From: a virus
Taxonomy: Duplodnaviria > Caudoviricetes
Strand: one strand, 5' to 3'
Virus record (IMG/VR): IMGVR_UViG_3300046794_000491
Location: 1,976 to 65,975 of that record
Length of the DNA: 64,000 nt
Below are positions 9,537 through 18,514 of this stretch, piece after piece. The notes beneath the pieces were generated by a model. The model saw only the letters and a program-made list of their open reading frames with translations, was not told where the DNA came from and did no database searches. Every line of letters begins with the position of its first letter. The stretch's first letter is position 1. The position numbers were made by a program, and so were the translations under genes.

Positions 9537-10964
9537 GTGGCACTGAAGAGGGTCACGAAGCAGACGAAGGCGGGCAGCGTGCCCCCGCCAGCCGCGTCAG
9601 TGGAGTCCGAAGCGCCGAAGGAGCCCGAGACCCCCAAGTTCTTCGAGCTGAGCACCGAGAACGAGGGCGACGCGCTGGACATCAAGCTCAGCGACATCAC
9701 GCCGAACCCGTTCAACGACAGGGACATCGGCGATGTGACTCAGCTCGCCGAGAGCATCGAACAGGATGACCTGCTCCAGGACATCACCGTGATGCACACC
9801 TCCGCCTTCGCGGAGCACTGGCCCAAGGAGGCCGAGGGCATCACCACCAAGTACGTCATCGCCTTCGGTGAGCGCAGGTGGCGTGCCCATCAACACCTGG
9901 GCAGGGCAACGATCGCCGCGGTGCTCAAGAACTCGGCGGCGCCGAAGATCCGCCGCGTGCTGTTCGCGGAGAACTACCACCGCAAACAGCTCTCCCCAGT
10001 CGAGGAGGCGCGCAAGTTCCAGCTCCTTCACGTAGAGGAAGGCATGAGTTACCGGGAGATCGTGAAGGAGCTCAAGCTGACCGGCCCCAACTACGTCTCC
10101 CGGCGGATGGAACTGCTGGAACTCCCGCCCGCGCTGCAAGAGATCGTCGGCACCGATGACGGGCCCGGCGTCACCCTGGCCCGCAGCATCAAGGGCCGGT
10201 TCGACGATCCGGACGAGCAACTCCGGGCGTGGGAGCTCATCAGGGACGAGGGCCTGAACATCGGCCAGGCCGTGGAGCGGATCCATGCCGCGGCGCCTGT
10301 TCCCCCGGGGAACACCCCCGCCGGCGGCCAGGACGAGACGGAGTCTGTTCCCCCGGGGAACACGGTGGACAGCTCCGAGGAGCAGCGGCCGTCTGTTCCC
10401 CAGGGGAACAGCCCCGGGAAGGAATCCGGCGGTGACGCTCCCAAGCCCGCCGCGAAGTCCTCGTCGGCCGGGGGGAAGCCAGCGGCCGCAGACCGTCACG
10501 CGGCCCAGCGGAACAACGCCGCCGCGGACCGGGACTCTGCGTGCCGCCAACTGATCGCAGCCGACACCGTGCTCTCGCCCGAGCAGCACGATGCCCTGTT
10601 CGGGCGGACGCTGCTGGCGCCGATGCAGCAAGGCCCTGCTCGGACCCGCGCGCACAAGTGGCTGCGGGACGCCGAGACAGCAGGGTTCAACATCAACGAC
10701 ACCGACAGCTACTTTGAGGCTGTGCTGTCCTCCGGACAGACGGATCTCGTCAACCGGGTCGCCCTCGCTACGGCTCTCGCCGCCGGTGAGGTCCGGGCGC
10801 GCGACGGCCGCCGGCAGTGGGACAGGACCGACGCTGAACACGTCCGGCTCCTCATCGACGCCACTGGCTACGTGCCCGAGACGGCGTGGGAACGCGAGCA
10901 GCTCGTCAAGTTCGGCGTGACCTTCAACAGCGCTGACGACCCCGACCCCGACGCCATCCACTGA
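9537..10964 (+). CDS. parB: ParB-family partition protein
   Basis: ITPNPFNDR, LLQDITV, GERRWRA (CTP-binding arginine patch), ENYHRKQLSPVEEA, then an HTH. Confidence 0.92.
   Translation: MALKRVTKQTKAGSVPPPAASVESEAPKEPETPKFFELSTENEGDALDIKLSDITPNPFNDRDIGDVTQLAESIEQDDLLQDITVMHTSAFAEHWPKEAEGITTKYVIAFGERRWRAHQHLGRATIAAVLKNSAAPKIRRVLFAENYHRKQLSPVEEARKFQLLHVEEGMSYREIVKELKLTGPNYVSRRMELLELPPALQEIVGTDDGPGVTLARSIKGRFDDPDEQLRAWELIRDEGLNIGQAVERIHAAAPVPPGNTPAGGQDETESVPPGNTVDSSEEQRPSVPQGNSPGKESGGDAPKPAAKSSSAGGKPAAADRHAAQRNNAAADRDSACRQLIAADTVLSPEQHDALFGRTLLAPMQQGPARTRAHKWLRDAETAGFNINDTDSYFEAVLSSGQTDLVNRVALATALAAGEVRARDGRRQWDRTDAEHVRLLIDATGYVPETAWEREQLVKFGVTFNSADDPDPDAIH
10298..10410. repeat. Three parS-like palindromes inside parB, exactly 48 bp apart (10298, 10346, 10394)
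   Basis: TGTTCCCC-N-GGGGAACA x3, encoding VPPGNT/VPPGNT/VPQGNS. Confidence 0.75.
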
Positions 10965-10978
10965 ACGGGAGACCCCGC

Positions 10979-11908
10979 ATGTCCAAGACGACACTGGCTC
11001 GACACCGCCGCGAGCTCCGGCCAAACGGACGGAACTGGCCGATGCTCCTGGCCGCGTTCATCATCACCGGTGGCAGCGCCAAGACGAGCAGCATCGTCAT
11101 GCTCGGCGTGACGCTTGCCCTCCGCGGCTACAAGGTGCGCGTGTTCGACTTCGACCACCAGCGCAGCGCCAGCCACATCCTGGGCGCCATGGATGAACTG
11201 CCCGCCGGTCACGGCACCATCTGGGAGCTCATGCACGGCGCTTCGCTGGAGGAGTGCAGCGTTCCGGCCCGCTACGTCCTGACGCCTGCCGACAAGGAGG
11301 CCAAGACGGCTGCGGTGTACGAAGAGATCGAAGGCCTGCACATCGTGCCCGGCTCACGGGACGTGAAGAACTTCGACACCGAGTCCGCGCAGGACGGAAT
11401 GATGCTCACGTGGTTCCGTGAGCTCTGCGACGACTACGACGGCGATGACGATGTGTGGCTGCTGGACCTGCCTGCCTCGTTGTCCAAGCTCGTGGTGTCC
11501 GCGCTCATCCCCTTCCAGGAGGAGGACGAGATCGTGCCGCCGGTCCTGGTCACCAGCAAGGAAGAGACGGACTTGAAGGCGACGTTCGAGGAGTTGGCGG
11601 AGATGCGCAAGCAGCAGAACCAGCGCTCGCGGACCCGGAAGACTGCGCCCACCATCCGGCACATCCTCATGTGCGGGACGCCCACTCCGGGCCGCCCTGA
11701 CTCCGAGGGCGAGCTGACTGTGGAGTCCATGAAGGAGACCTATGACGAGCACTTCGAGCTGCACTCCGTCCGCTGGAGTGGCGTGATCCGGCAGCAGCAC
11801 CGCCGCCAGGCGCCGGTGCACGCCTTCGGCAACCGGAACGCGGCCCCCATCGAGGACTACAACAAGATCGCCACGGCGCTCGGGTTCGTGGAACCCGACC
11901 CGGCGTAG
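10979..11908 (+). CDS. parA: ParA-family ATPase (deviant Walker A)
   Basis: ITGGSAKTSS, VRVFDFDHQ, LHIVPG, WLLDLP motifs; next to parB. Confidence 0.88.
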   Translation: MSKTTLARHRRELRPNGRNWPMLLAAFIITGGSAKTSSIVMLGVTLALRGYKVRVFDFDHQRSASHILGAMDELPAGHGTIWELMHGASLEECSVPARYVLTPADKEAKTAAVYEEIEGLHIVPGSRDVKNFDTESAQDGMMLTWFRELCDDYDGDDDVWLLDLPASLSKLVVSALIPFQEEDEIVPPVLVTSKEETDLKATFEELAEMRKQQNQRSRTRKTAPTIRHILMCGTPTPGRPDSEGELTVESMKETYDEHFELHSVRWSGVIRQQHRRQAPVHAFGNRNAAPIEDYNKIATALGFVEPDPA

Positions 11909-11909
11909 C

Positions 11910-11926
11910 TGTTCCCCTGGGGAACA
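11910..11926. repeat. parS-like palindrome immediately after the parA stop
   Basis: TGTTCCCCTGGGGAACA. Confidence 0.7.
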
Positions 11927-11929
11927 CCA

Positions 11930-11982
11930 AAGGCCCGTACCGGTCGCGGAAGTCGTCATCTCCCGCGCACGGTACGGGCCTT
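11930..11982. terminator. Long stem-loop between convergent parA and tail tube genes
   Basis: AAGGCCCGTACCG ... CGGTACGGGCCTT 13-bp inverted repeat. Confidence 0.6.
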
Positions 11983-12000
11983 GGGCTGTACGGCCACAGG

Positions 12001-12591
12001 TTACGCGGCCGGGGCGAACGCCGGGTCGTCGGTCAGCAGGTACCAGGCGTCGGCGTTGTCGCCGCCCTGTACGGCCAGACGCAGCGGAAGCACGGCCTCC
12101 TTCGCCTTCTGGAGGTCGTTCTGCACGCCCTCCATCTGCATGGCGCGCGGCACCACGTACCGGTAGTGCTTGCCGCCGTCGATGACCTCGATGATGGCGG
12201 CGATCTCGCTGCGGCCGCCCACGCGCGGAGGCGTGAACTTGTAGTGCGTCCCTGCCGGCGGTCCGGTAACGGCGATGGTGGTGATCTCGCCGCCGCCGAA
12301 GACGGCCTGGAAGTTGTCGCCGTTCCACTGCTGGAGGTCCACCTCGATGGTGGCCGAGTCGGAGGTCTGGAACGTGCGGGACGGGTAGTCGCTCTGAGCG
12401 GACTTCACCTGCTCGAACTGCGGCTCTTCGTTGAATTTCAAACTATCTTCGGTGGTCAGGCCGACCGAGCGCCAGCCCGTGCCCAGGGCGACGGTGGCGT
12501 CTGCCGGGGCGGCGGTGCCGACGGGCGCCAGCCAGACCAGGGTGCGGGCAGGGACGACGATCTGCGTAGAGTTGGTGGTTTCGCCAGCCAT
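12001..12591 (-). CDS. Major tail (tube) protein
   Basis: 196 aa, WLAPVGTAAP...WRSVGLTTED pattern; position before the chaperone. Confidence 0.88.
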   Translation of the reverse strand: MAGETTNSTQIVVPARTLVWLAPVGTAAPADATVALGTGWRSVGLTTEDSLKFNEEPQFEQVKSAQSDYPSRTFQTSDSATIEVDLQQWNGDNFQAVFGGGEITTIAVTGPPAGTHYKFTPPRVGGRSEIAAIIEVIDGGKHYRYVVPRAMQMEGVQNDLQKAKEAVLPLRLAVQGGDNADAWYLLTDDPAFAPAA

Positions 12592-12629
12592 GGCGGTGCT
12601 CTCCTCGGGCCGGGGTTAAAGGCCGGGCC

Positions 12630-12659
12630 ACGATGGGGAGCGAGGGGGGTTAGCGTCCC
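12630..12659 (-). promoter_or_regulatory. Putative late promoter GGGACG-N18-CATCGT
   Basis: Motif match upstream of the tail tube gene. Confidence 0.65.
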
Positions 12660-12850
12660 GGGCTCACCTTCACCACGGGCACGAGGTGGGACAGAGGGAC
12701 GTCGAACGCCGCCGCCACGAGCCGCCAGACGCGGTCGCGCTCCAGGAACGCGGCGATCGTCCGCCTCGTGTCGGCGCAGACCGGATGCTGGTGGCGGATG
12801 AGCCGCACCGGCTCCAGTTGCTGAAAGACGTGGACGGCGTAGTCGGTCAC
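12650..12850 (-). CDS. Small hypothetical protein (66 aa)
   Basis: GTGA overlap with the upstream stop, AGGAG RBS. Confidence 0.5.
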   Translation of the reverse strand: MTDYAVHVFQQLEPVRLIRHQHPVCADTRRTIAAFLERDRVWRLVAAAFDVPLSHLVPVVKVSPGR

Positions 12851-13290
12851 GGGCTCTCCTGCGGGGGGTGGATGCTGACGAGCAGCCCGAAGACCCATCG
12901 GGGCTGCCCGGTGGCCAGCGGGGATTCGATGACCATGCCTGAGGGCCGGACGTAGGAGACGACGGGTTGGCCGGGCACTGCGGGCGCGTCGCACAGCTCC
13001 TTCGCGGCGAGAGCGCACACCAGCAGCGTGCGGCGCAGCGCCGCCGGGCCGGGCCAGCCGCCCGGGTCGCCGATGAGTTCCAGCGACACGTCCGGCTCGG
13101 TCAGCCACCTCATGTCGCGCAAGTCCCCGCCCGGGCCCGCGGAGACCCGCAGGTGCGGCCATGGCGCCTCGATCGCGCCGGAGACGTGACCGGGCCCACC
13201 GAGCACTTCCTGAACCTTCGGGTGCTCGGTGAGCCATTGCAGCACTGCGGCGACGGGGTCGGCGTCGGCGAGTGCGTACGGGTCGGCCAT
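12847..13290 (-). CDS. Tail terminator-like protein
   Basis: 147 aa, position upstream of the tail tube gene. Confidence 0.65.
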   Translation of the reverse strand: MADPYALADADPVAAVLQWLTEHPKVQEVLGGPGHVSGAIEAPWPHLRVSAGPGGDLRDMRWLTEPDVSLELIGDPGGWPGPAALRRTLLVCALAAKELCDAPAVPGQPVVSYVRPSGMVIESPLATGQPRWVFGLLVSIHPPQESP

Positions 13291-13293
13291 GGC

Positions 13294-13569
13294 TCAGCCG
13301 CGGGCGATGTAGCCGTTGCGGCGGAGCTGGCGGGCGTAGTCCGGCGACACGTGCACCGACTGGCCCGGGCGGTATTCCTTGCTGCCGATCCGCAGGTGGT
13401 GCGCGAGCGTCACCTTCTGCGGCGTCTGGCCGGGTCGCAGCGGCGGCCCGATGACCGTCACCGTCACCGTCTCCTCGGCGGTCTCGGGGGCCGCGGTTGT
13501 CTCGGCCGGTGTGCTGTCCACCTCGGCGGTGGAGGCGATGGGGGTGGGTGTCTTCCTGGTGTTCGTCAT
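13294..13569 (-). CDS. Hypothetical virion-associated protein
   Basis: 91 aa, in the structural operon; probably leaderless. Confidence 0.6.
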   Translation of the reverse strand: MTNTRKTPTPIASTAEVDSTPAETTAAPETAEETVTVTVIGPPLRPGQTPQKVTLAHHLRIGSKEYRPGQSVHVSPDYARQLRRNGYIARG

Positions 13570-13577
13570 GAGGCGGA

Positions 13578-13606
13578 AGGGTGCCGACGGCTGCGGCTAG
13601 TGTCGC
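13578..13606 (-). promoter_or_regulatory. Putative late promoter GCGACA-N17-CACCCT
   Basis: Motif match (17-nt spacer), 8 nt before ATG 13569. Confidence 0.5.
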
Positions 13607-13623
13607 CCCCTCGCCTCGGCGGG

Positions 13624-13675
13624 TGTTCCCCGGGGGAACAGGCGCCGTGCTCCCGGGGTGTTCCCCGGGGGAACA
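13624..13675. repeat. Two parS-like palindromes (13624..13640, 13659..13675)
   Basis: TGTTCCCCGGGGGAACA x2, intergenic. Confidence 0.75.
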
Positions 13676-13677
13676 CC

Positions 13678-14208
13678 TCAGCGGCTCGCGGCGACCATTC
13701 CGGCGGCCCGGGCCATGTAGAACGTGCCCGGCGCGACCAGGTTCCCGGGATAGACGGTGCCGACCTCCGCGGCCACAACCCACTGACCTTCCGCGACAAC
13801 CGTCACAGTCACCTTCTGGCCCGTCACCACGGGCGGCAGGGTGCGGATGTTCTTGGAGATGCCGTCGGGGATCTTGTCGGCCCGGCACTCGCAGTTCTTG
13901 AGGTTCGCCACCGCGCGCGAGCTCTCATCCCGCGGGAACTTCATGTACGTCTTCGGGCCGACGCCGCGGTGGTCGCGGTCCCACTGCATGGAGTTGATCT
14001 CGAAGCGCAGGTTGTCGGGGACTTCCTGCCCGTTGGCCTGGATGTGGGTGCGCCGCATGTCGTGGTCGGCGACGGTGACCCACCGTTTCGTGGGCGGCGC
14101 CAGGATCCTCGCCTGCCGCTCGACCCTGCGGCCGATCTCCTCCACTTTCGGGGCGATCATCAGAGCGAGCCGTTCCTCCAGGCCCGGCGCGACGGTGAAC
14201 TTGGCCAT
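13678..14208 (-). CDS. Neck/tail-completion (HK97 gp10-like) protein with a MuF-like insert
   Basis: Start ATG 14208 overlaps the upstream stop; AEVGT...GTFYMARA C-terminus; WVTVADHDMRRTH...NCECR insert. Confidence 0.6.
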   Translation of the reverse strand: MAKFTVAPGLEERLALMIAPKVEEIGRRVERQARILAPPTKRWVTVADHDMRRTHIQANGQEVPDNLRFEINSMQWDRDHRGVGPKTYMKFPRDESSRAVANLKNCECRADKIPDGISKNIRTLPPVVTGQKVTVTVVAEGQWVVAAEVGTVYPGNLVAPGTFYMARAAGMVAASR

Positions 14209-14537
14209 CACGGCACCTCCGGCGGGTTCAGGGTGGCGGTTACGGCGATGTAGTCGGCGGCGCCGTGCCCGGGCACCCCCCTTGGCAAGGCGGTGACCAC
14301 GGTCCACATGCGGGTGCCGTCCCCGACCATGTCGCCGGGCTGCATGTACCCCGCGGACGGGTCAACGCGCAGCGTCCACGACCCGTCAGCTTGCTTGATG
14401 GCGGCGCCAGGCCACGTGCCCCTCGGGGTGGGGCGCGCGTCCGGGGGCGGCGGCACCGGCACGCCGTGCGCGTCACGCCCCCAAGGATGGTCCAGCACAT
14501 ACACCGTCAGGTCACGGTCGGGCAGGACAACAGCCAT
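14208..14537 (-). CDS. Head closure/stopper protein
   Basis: 109 aa from ATG 14537; size and position between adaptor and neck genes. Confidence 0.6.
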   Translation of the reverse strand: MAVVLPDRDLTVYVLDHPWGRDAHGVPVPPPPDARPTPRGTWPGAAIKQADGSWTLRVDPSAGYMQPGDMVGDGTRMWTVVTALPRGVPGHGAADYIAVTATLNPPEVP

Positions 14538-14539
14538 GC

Positions 14540-15175
14540 TCAGCCCGCCCCAGACGTGACGAGCGCCGCGGCGATGCCCGCGTTGACCGCGGCGATGTAG
14601 TTCGTGAAGGCGGTAGTGGTGTTCTTCCGGTTGGCGCGGGTCATGTCCCCGTTGAGGAAGAACAGCTGCCGCTGCGCGTTGCTGAGCTCCAACTGGACGC
14701 CCATGCCCCGGGTGTTCCGGTTGGCGATGTTCGTCGGGTCGTTGGCGTTGATCTCCTCGCTGGCGATCTGCACCACGAATCCGGCATCCGCGAGGGCCTC
14801 GCCTATCTGGTCCCGCAGGTTGAAGTCGAGCCCGCCCAGGAACGTGGTCGGCGTGGTCCCGGACGCGCCGTGCCACGAAATGATGTGGGAGGCAGCCTTC
14901 GCCATGAGGAGGGCCTGCGGCTCGTCGTACCGGGTCGAGGTGATGTGCAGGTCGCTGTTGGAGCCTGCCGCCTTGAAAGCGTCCAGCGTGTAGTAACCGT
15001 GGACGGTCCCGGCCGCCTTGTCGGCGAGCTCCGTCGTGCCCAGCTCGATGCCGCCGCCGTGGATGGCGAGGTGCAGCAGGCTGGAGAACTGCGAGATACG
15101 CCAAGTCCGCTGGTAGTCGATGCCCTCGATCTGTGCGCCGGCCATCTGCGCATACGAGTTGTAGAGGTCTGCCAT
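14540..15175 (-). CDS. Poly-gamma-glutamate hydrolase family protein (PghP/DUF867-like)
   Basis: AIHGGGIELGTTEL, LHITSTRYDEP, SWHG, NIANR...GVQLELS motifs. Confidence 0.85.
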   Translation of the reverse strand: MADLYNSYAQMAGAQIEGIDYQRTWRISQFSSLLHLAIHGGGIELGTTELADKAAGTVHGYYTLDAFKAAGSNSDLHITSTRYDEPQALLMAKAASHIISWHGASGTTPTTFLGGLDFNLRDQIGEALADAGFVVQIASEEINANDPTNIANRNTRGMGVQLELSNAQRQLFFLNGDMTRANRKNTTTAFTNYIAAVNAGIAAALVTSGAG

Positions 15176-15199
15176 GGCTCCTGCCTGTTCGGGATCGGG

Positions 15200-16075
15200 C
15201 TACCAGTTGCCGTAGCGGCGGTAGGGGCGGCCGCCATACGGCCATGGGGTGGCGGGCGCAACCGCGATCGGCCGGTACAGCCGCTTGCGGTAGTCGCCCA
15301 GAGAGTCCAGCGTCGGCAGCGCTCCGGCCTGTCCCGCGACAGGCGACGTCTCGTAGCTGATCGACTGGCCCTCGGCGGACACGGACGTTACCCGGCGGCC
15401 GCCGTTCTTCTCCCCGCCGGGGCCGTTGCGGATCCGCTCGGCGGCGTGCGCGGTGACGTAGTCCACGATCGGCTTCTCAACGGCCGCGTCCAGGCCGATG
15501 AGGAGCCGCACCGTGTACAGCCCTTCCGCGTTCTGTTCGTAGCTCACCACCTTCATCACGTCGTCCACGGGCGGCATCGGCCACGCGCGCGGGTCGGTGA
15601 GCTCGTAGAACGGCATGGGCGACACGTCGCGCAGCGTCTTCGGGGTAGGCACGAGCGGCCGCTTCAGGTAGGCGGCCACCTCCGACTGCGCCTTGCCGAT
15701 CTTGTCGCGGAAGTCCTCGCGTTGCGCCGGGGTCAGCGGCAGCGGCACGCCGAGATCGTCGGCAAGCTGCTCCGCCGAGGCGATCAGCCCCGTCCCCAGC
15801 GGCAGGTCCATGCGGCTCGTGCGGTCAGCGGCCGGTGACGCGCCCTGCTCGGGAGTGAAGGTGACGACGCACCAATACCGGCCGTCGGGCAGGTTGTCGG
15901 GGAGCGTGAACCGGTACGCGTTCTCACCGATGCGGACGGCCGGGCCCGCGGTCGCCACCACGGTGCCGTTGCGTTCGGGCTCCGAGTGCAGGTCGATCCT
16001 GCTGACCTCGCCGCCCTCCGGTTCGGGATCCCACAGAGCCCCGCCCCAGACGGGCCGGTAGATGTACATCGCCAC
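15200..16075 (-). CDS. Head-to-tail adaptor protein
   Basis: 291 aa, AQSEVAAYLKRP and SVSAEGQSISY motifs typical of gp6/gp15-like adaptors. Confidence 0.7.
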   Translation of the reverse strand: MAMYIYRPVWGGALWDPEPEGGEVSRIDLHSEPERNGTVVATAGPAVRIGENAYRFTLPDNLPDGRYWCVVTFTPEQGASPAADRTSRMDLPLGTGLIASAEQLADDLGVPLPLTPAQREDFRDKIGKAQSEVAAYLKRPLVPTPKTLRDVSPMPFYELTDPRAWPMPPVDDVMKVVSYEQNAEGLYTVRLLIGLDAAVEKPIVDYVTAHAAERIRNGPGGEKNGGRRVTSVSAEGQSISYETSPVAGQAGALPTLDSLGDYRKRLYRPIAVAPATPWPYGGRPYRRYGNW

Positions 16076-16087
16076 CTTCGGTCTCCC

Positions 16088-16579
16088 TTACTCGCCGAGC
16101 TGCTCGCGCAGCCGGGCGACGATGCGGTCCGCGTCGTCCCGCTTGAGCTCCGCCCCGACCGGCACCAGGAGTCGGGTCGTAGGCGTGCGGTAGGCGCCCA
16201 TGCCGACGTGCTCCACCAGGCGCACCCGGGACCGGCACAGGTAGCCGTACGGCGGCAGCACCTCGAACACCGTGTCGGGGTCGGTGGGCGCCTGGCCCGT
16301 CGCCTCGTCCACGATCCGGTCCCCGAGCTCCGCGGGCATGAGCCCGTCGGGGCCAACAGGGGTTTCAGGCTCGGCAGGCTCGACCGGCGGGGCCGGAGGC
16401 TCCAGCGGCGCCACGTCCGGCGCCTTGGTCTCCGTGCCCTCGGCCGGAACTGCACCGATCTCTACGGCGTCAGAGACCGCCTTGTCCTCGGCCGGATCGG
16501 CGCCCGGCTCGATGCCGTCGGCGACGGCCTTGTCCTCGGCCGGTTCCGCGGCCGTCTTACGGGTTCGGGCGGTTGCCAC
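16088..16579 (-). CDS. Hypothetical protein, acidic/Pro-rich N-terminus
   Basis: GTG 16579 after GGAGG; stop just upstream of the adaptor gene. Confidence 0.6.
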   Translation of the reverse strand: MATARTRKTAAEPAEDKAVADGIEPGADPAEDKAVSDAVEIGAVPAEGTETKAPDVAPLEPPAPPVEPAEPETPVGPDGLMPAELGDRIVDEATGQAPTDPDTVFEVLPPYGYLCRSRVRLVEHVGMGAYRTPTTRLLVPVGAELKRDDADRIVARLREQLGE

Positions 16580-16612
16580 GACTTCCTCCAGGTGAGCGGG
16601 GGTTGGGGCCAC

Positions 16613-16642
16613 ACCCTGACCCGGGGGGCGCGCTTACGTCGC
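16613..16642 (-). promoter_or_regulatory. Putative late promoter GCGACG-N18-CAGGGT
   Basis: Motif match. Confidence 0.6.
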
Positions 16643-16686
16643 GCTGTGCCGCCCAGCACGGACCGGCACAGCGCGACGATCACGCA

Positions 16687-17172
16687 TCACACGAACGTGT
16701 AGCCGTTGTTCTGCGTCACCGCCCCCGCCTCGTCAGCGAGGACGACGGCCACCGCACCCGCGCTCTTCGCCGGGGTCGTGACCTGGATCTTGCCGGAGGT
16801 GAGGATCTTCAGGTTCGTGCCCGCCGTGCCGCCGAACGTGACGCCGGAGACGCCGTCCAGGTTCGTGCCGGTGATGGTCACGACCGTGCCGCCGGCGACC
16901 GGCCCGTTTACCGGGCTGATGGCGGCGACGGTGGCCGCGGGGAACAGCTTGTCGATCACCGACTGCCGCACCACGTCCCCGGCCCGGAACTTCAGCGTCC
17001 TGATCGAGCCCTGCGGCACGCTGTCGCGGCTGTCCTTCGACACGGTGCCCTCATCGAAGCGGCGCGTGTGGAAGACGTCCGCGGTCACGACCATCTCCGG
17101 GTCCGCGGCCGCGGGCGTAGAAGGAAACGCAGCCTTGGTGATGCGGGCGCCGGCAGAGTTGTACAGGCCCAT
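16687..17172 (-). CDS. IPT/TIG-domain protein (possible capsid decoration)
   Basis: ISPVNGPVAGGTVVTITGTNL...VTFGG...VTTPA...YTF is a classic IPT/TIG signature. Confidence 0.85.
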   Translation of the reverse strand: MGLYNSAGARITKAAFPSTPAAADPEMVVTADVFHTRRFDEGTVSKDSRDSVPQGSIRTLKFRAGDVVRQSVIDKLFPAATVAAISPVNGPVAGGTVVTITGTNLDGVSGVTFGGTAGTNLKILTSGKIQVTTPAKSAGAVAVVLADEAGAVTQNNGYTFV

Positions 17173-17251
17173 GAGGAGCCCCTTTCACTGGTGGTATCGA
17201 GTCGCCCGCAGGGTGCCCGACCAGGCGGGCTTGGGTCCCCGGCTGCGCGGC

Positions 17252-18514
17252 TCACAGGATGCGGAGGTCGTCCCACCCGTCCTTGGTGACGGAGAAGACC
17301 ATCAGGCCCGGCTGGGAGACCTCTCCCGAGCGCATGGCGTACCAGTCGGAGCCGTTGTCGAGGGTCGGAGCCTGCACCCACAGACGCCCGGCGCCGAGCT
17401 GCTGCGCGCGGAAGTGGTGAAAGTGCCCGGAGATCAAGATCCTGGCGTCGGCGATGGGCTGACGGCCGAAGGTCTGCCCCCTCCACCAGTCCGCCGCCTT
17501 GTCGGGCCGCGCGTACTGATGACCGTGCGCCAGGCCCACGATGGTGCCCGCCATGTCGAGGCTGACGGTGTCTCGCCACGGCTCTGGCGTCACGAACGAC
17601 ACGTGCCCGTAGGCGTCGGGATTCTTGGCGTACGCGTCGGCGATCTGCGAATAGACCTCGATGCCCCAGTCGTCTTCCGGGGGGCCCACGGGGTCCTTGC
17701 CGCGCCGTACGCGGGCGTGGTTGCTGCCGCAGGTCGCGGCGACCACCCGCGGGAACGCGGTCGCCAGGCGGTCGAGGCCTTCGAACGTCAGCCGCCGGTG
17801 CACGCGCACCATCTGCGTGAGCGTCAGGTCGTTGGTGAACGCCTGGCTCGCGACGTTCTCGAACCCCTCGATGCAGTCGCCTGCGTCGAGGAAGTACGCG
17901 GAATCAGGGGTGCGGCCGATCTTGCCGAGGTCGCGGACGTGGTCCTGGAGCCGGTCGAACCGTTCGGAGACCCGGGCCACGAGATCCTTGGTGCCGCCGT
18001 CCCTGCCAACCTTCCCGGCCTGCGGGTCGGCGTACACCACGGCCAGCGCGCGCTCCGTACTCTCGGCCGGGGTGCGGGGCTTGCGGCGGCGCCGCATCAC
18101 GTCGCGGATCAGGCTGTTGAGGTCTTCCGCGGACGCCCATCCCGGAGTTGAGGGCTCGATCAGGTAGCGGCACCTCCACACGGGCCGGGTGACGGCGTCC
18201 TCGCCCTGGGCGTCGCGGTGCCATGCGGCCGGGTCGTGGCGGGCTTCTACCAGCCGGACCCGGTATCCCTCGGGCACGCTCAGGCCGAGTTCCTCCACCC
18301 GTTCGCGCCAGCCGAGTTCGTCTTGCCCGGGCGCCTCGGCGGCCGGCGCAGTGACGAGCATCGACCCGCCGGGTTCGTACCGCACGCCGGGTTCCCAGCC
18401 CTTCGGGGCCGCGGCCGTGGGACGAGTGGTCTCCGGCGGGGTGGTCTGCTCCGCCGAGGCGGGCGCGAGGAGCGCATCGAGATGTTCGTCAAGGCTCATC
18501 GCGGGCACCGGCAT
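17252..18514 (-). CDS. Calcineurin-like metallophosphoesterase
   Basis: ADPQAG, AGDCIE, GSNH, AHGH, GHFHH motifs. Confidence 0.82.
   Translation of the reverse strand: MPVPAMSLDEHLDALLAPASAEQTTPPETTRPTAAAPKGWEPGVRYEPGGSMLVTAPAAEAPGQDELGWRERVEELGLSVPEGYRVRLVEARHDPAAWHRDAQGEDAVTRPVWRCRYLIEPSTPGWASAEDLNSLIRDVMRRRRKPRTPAESTERALAVVYADPQAGKVGRDGGTKDLVARVSERFDRLQDHVRDLGKIGRTPDSAYFLDAGDCIEGFENVASQAFTNDLTLTQMVRVHRRLTFEGLDRLATAFPRVVAATCGSNHARVRRGKDPVGPPEDDWGIEVYSQIADAYAKNPDAYGHVSFVTPEPWRDTVSLDMAGTIVGLAHGHQYARPDKAADWWRGQTFGRQPIADARILISGHFHHFRAQQLGAGRLWVQAPTLDNGSDWYAMRSGEVSQPGLMVFSVTKDGWDDLRIL

Noticed and set aside
10298-10410. Regularly spaced TGTTCCCC repeats (17 bp + 31 bp spacers) resembling the start of type I-E CRISPR repeats
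   Set aside because: Only 17 bp, perfect palindromes without a loop, in frame inside parB, with dispersed single copies elsewhere and no cas genes; fits parS better
12851-15245. Long ORF-track versions 12650..13888, 13678..14307 and 14208..15245
   Set aside because: Upstream parts overlap real genes in other frames; shorter coupled starts were used instead
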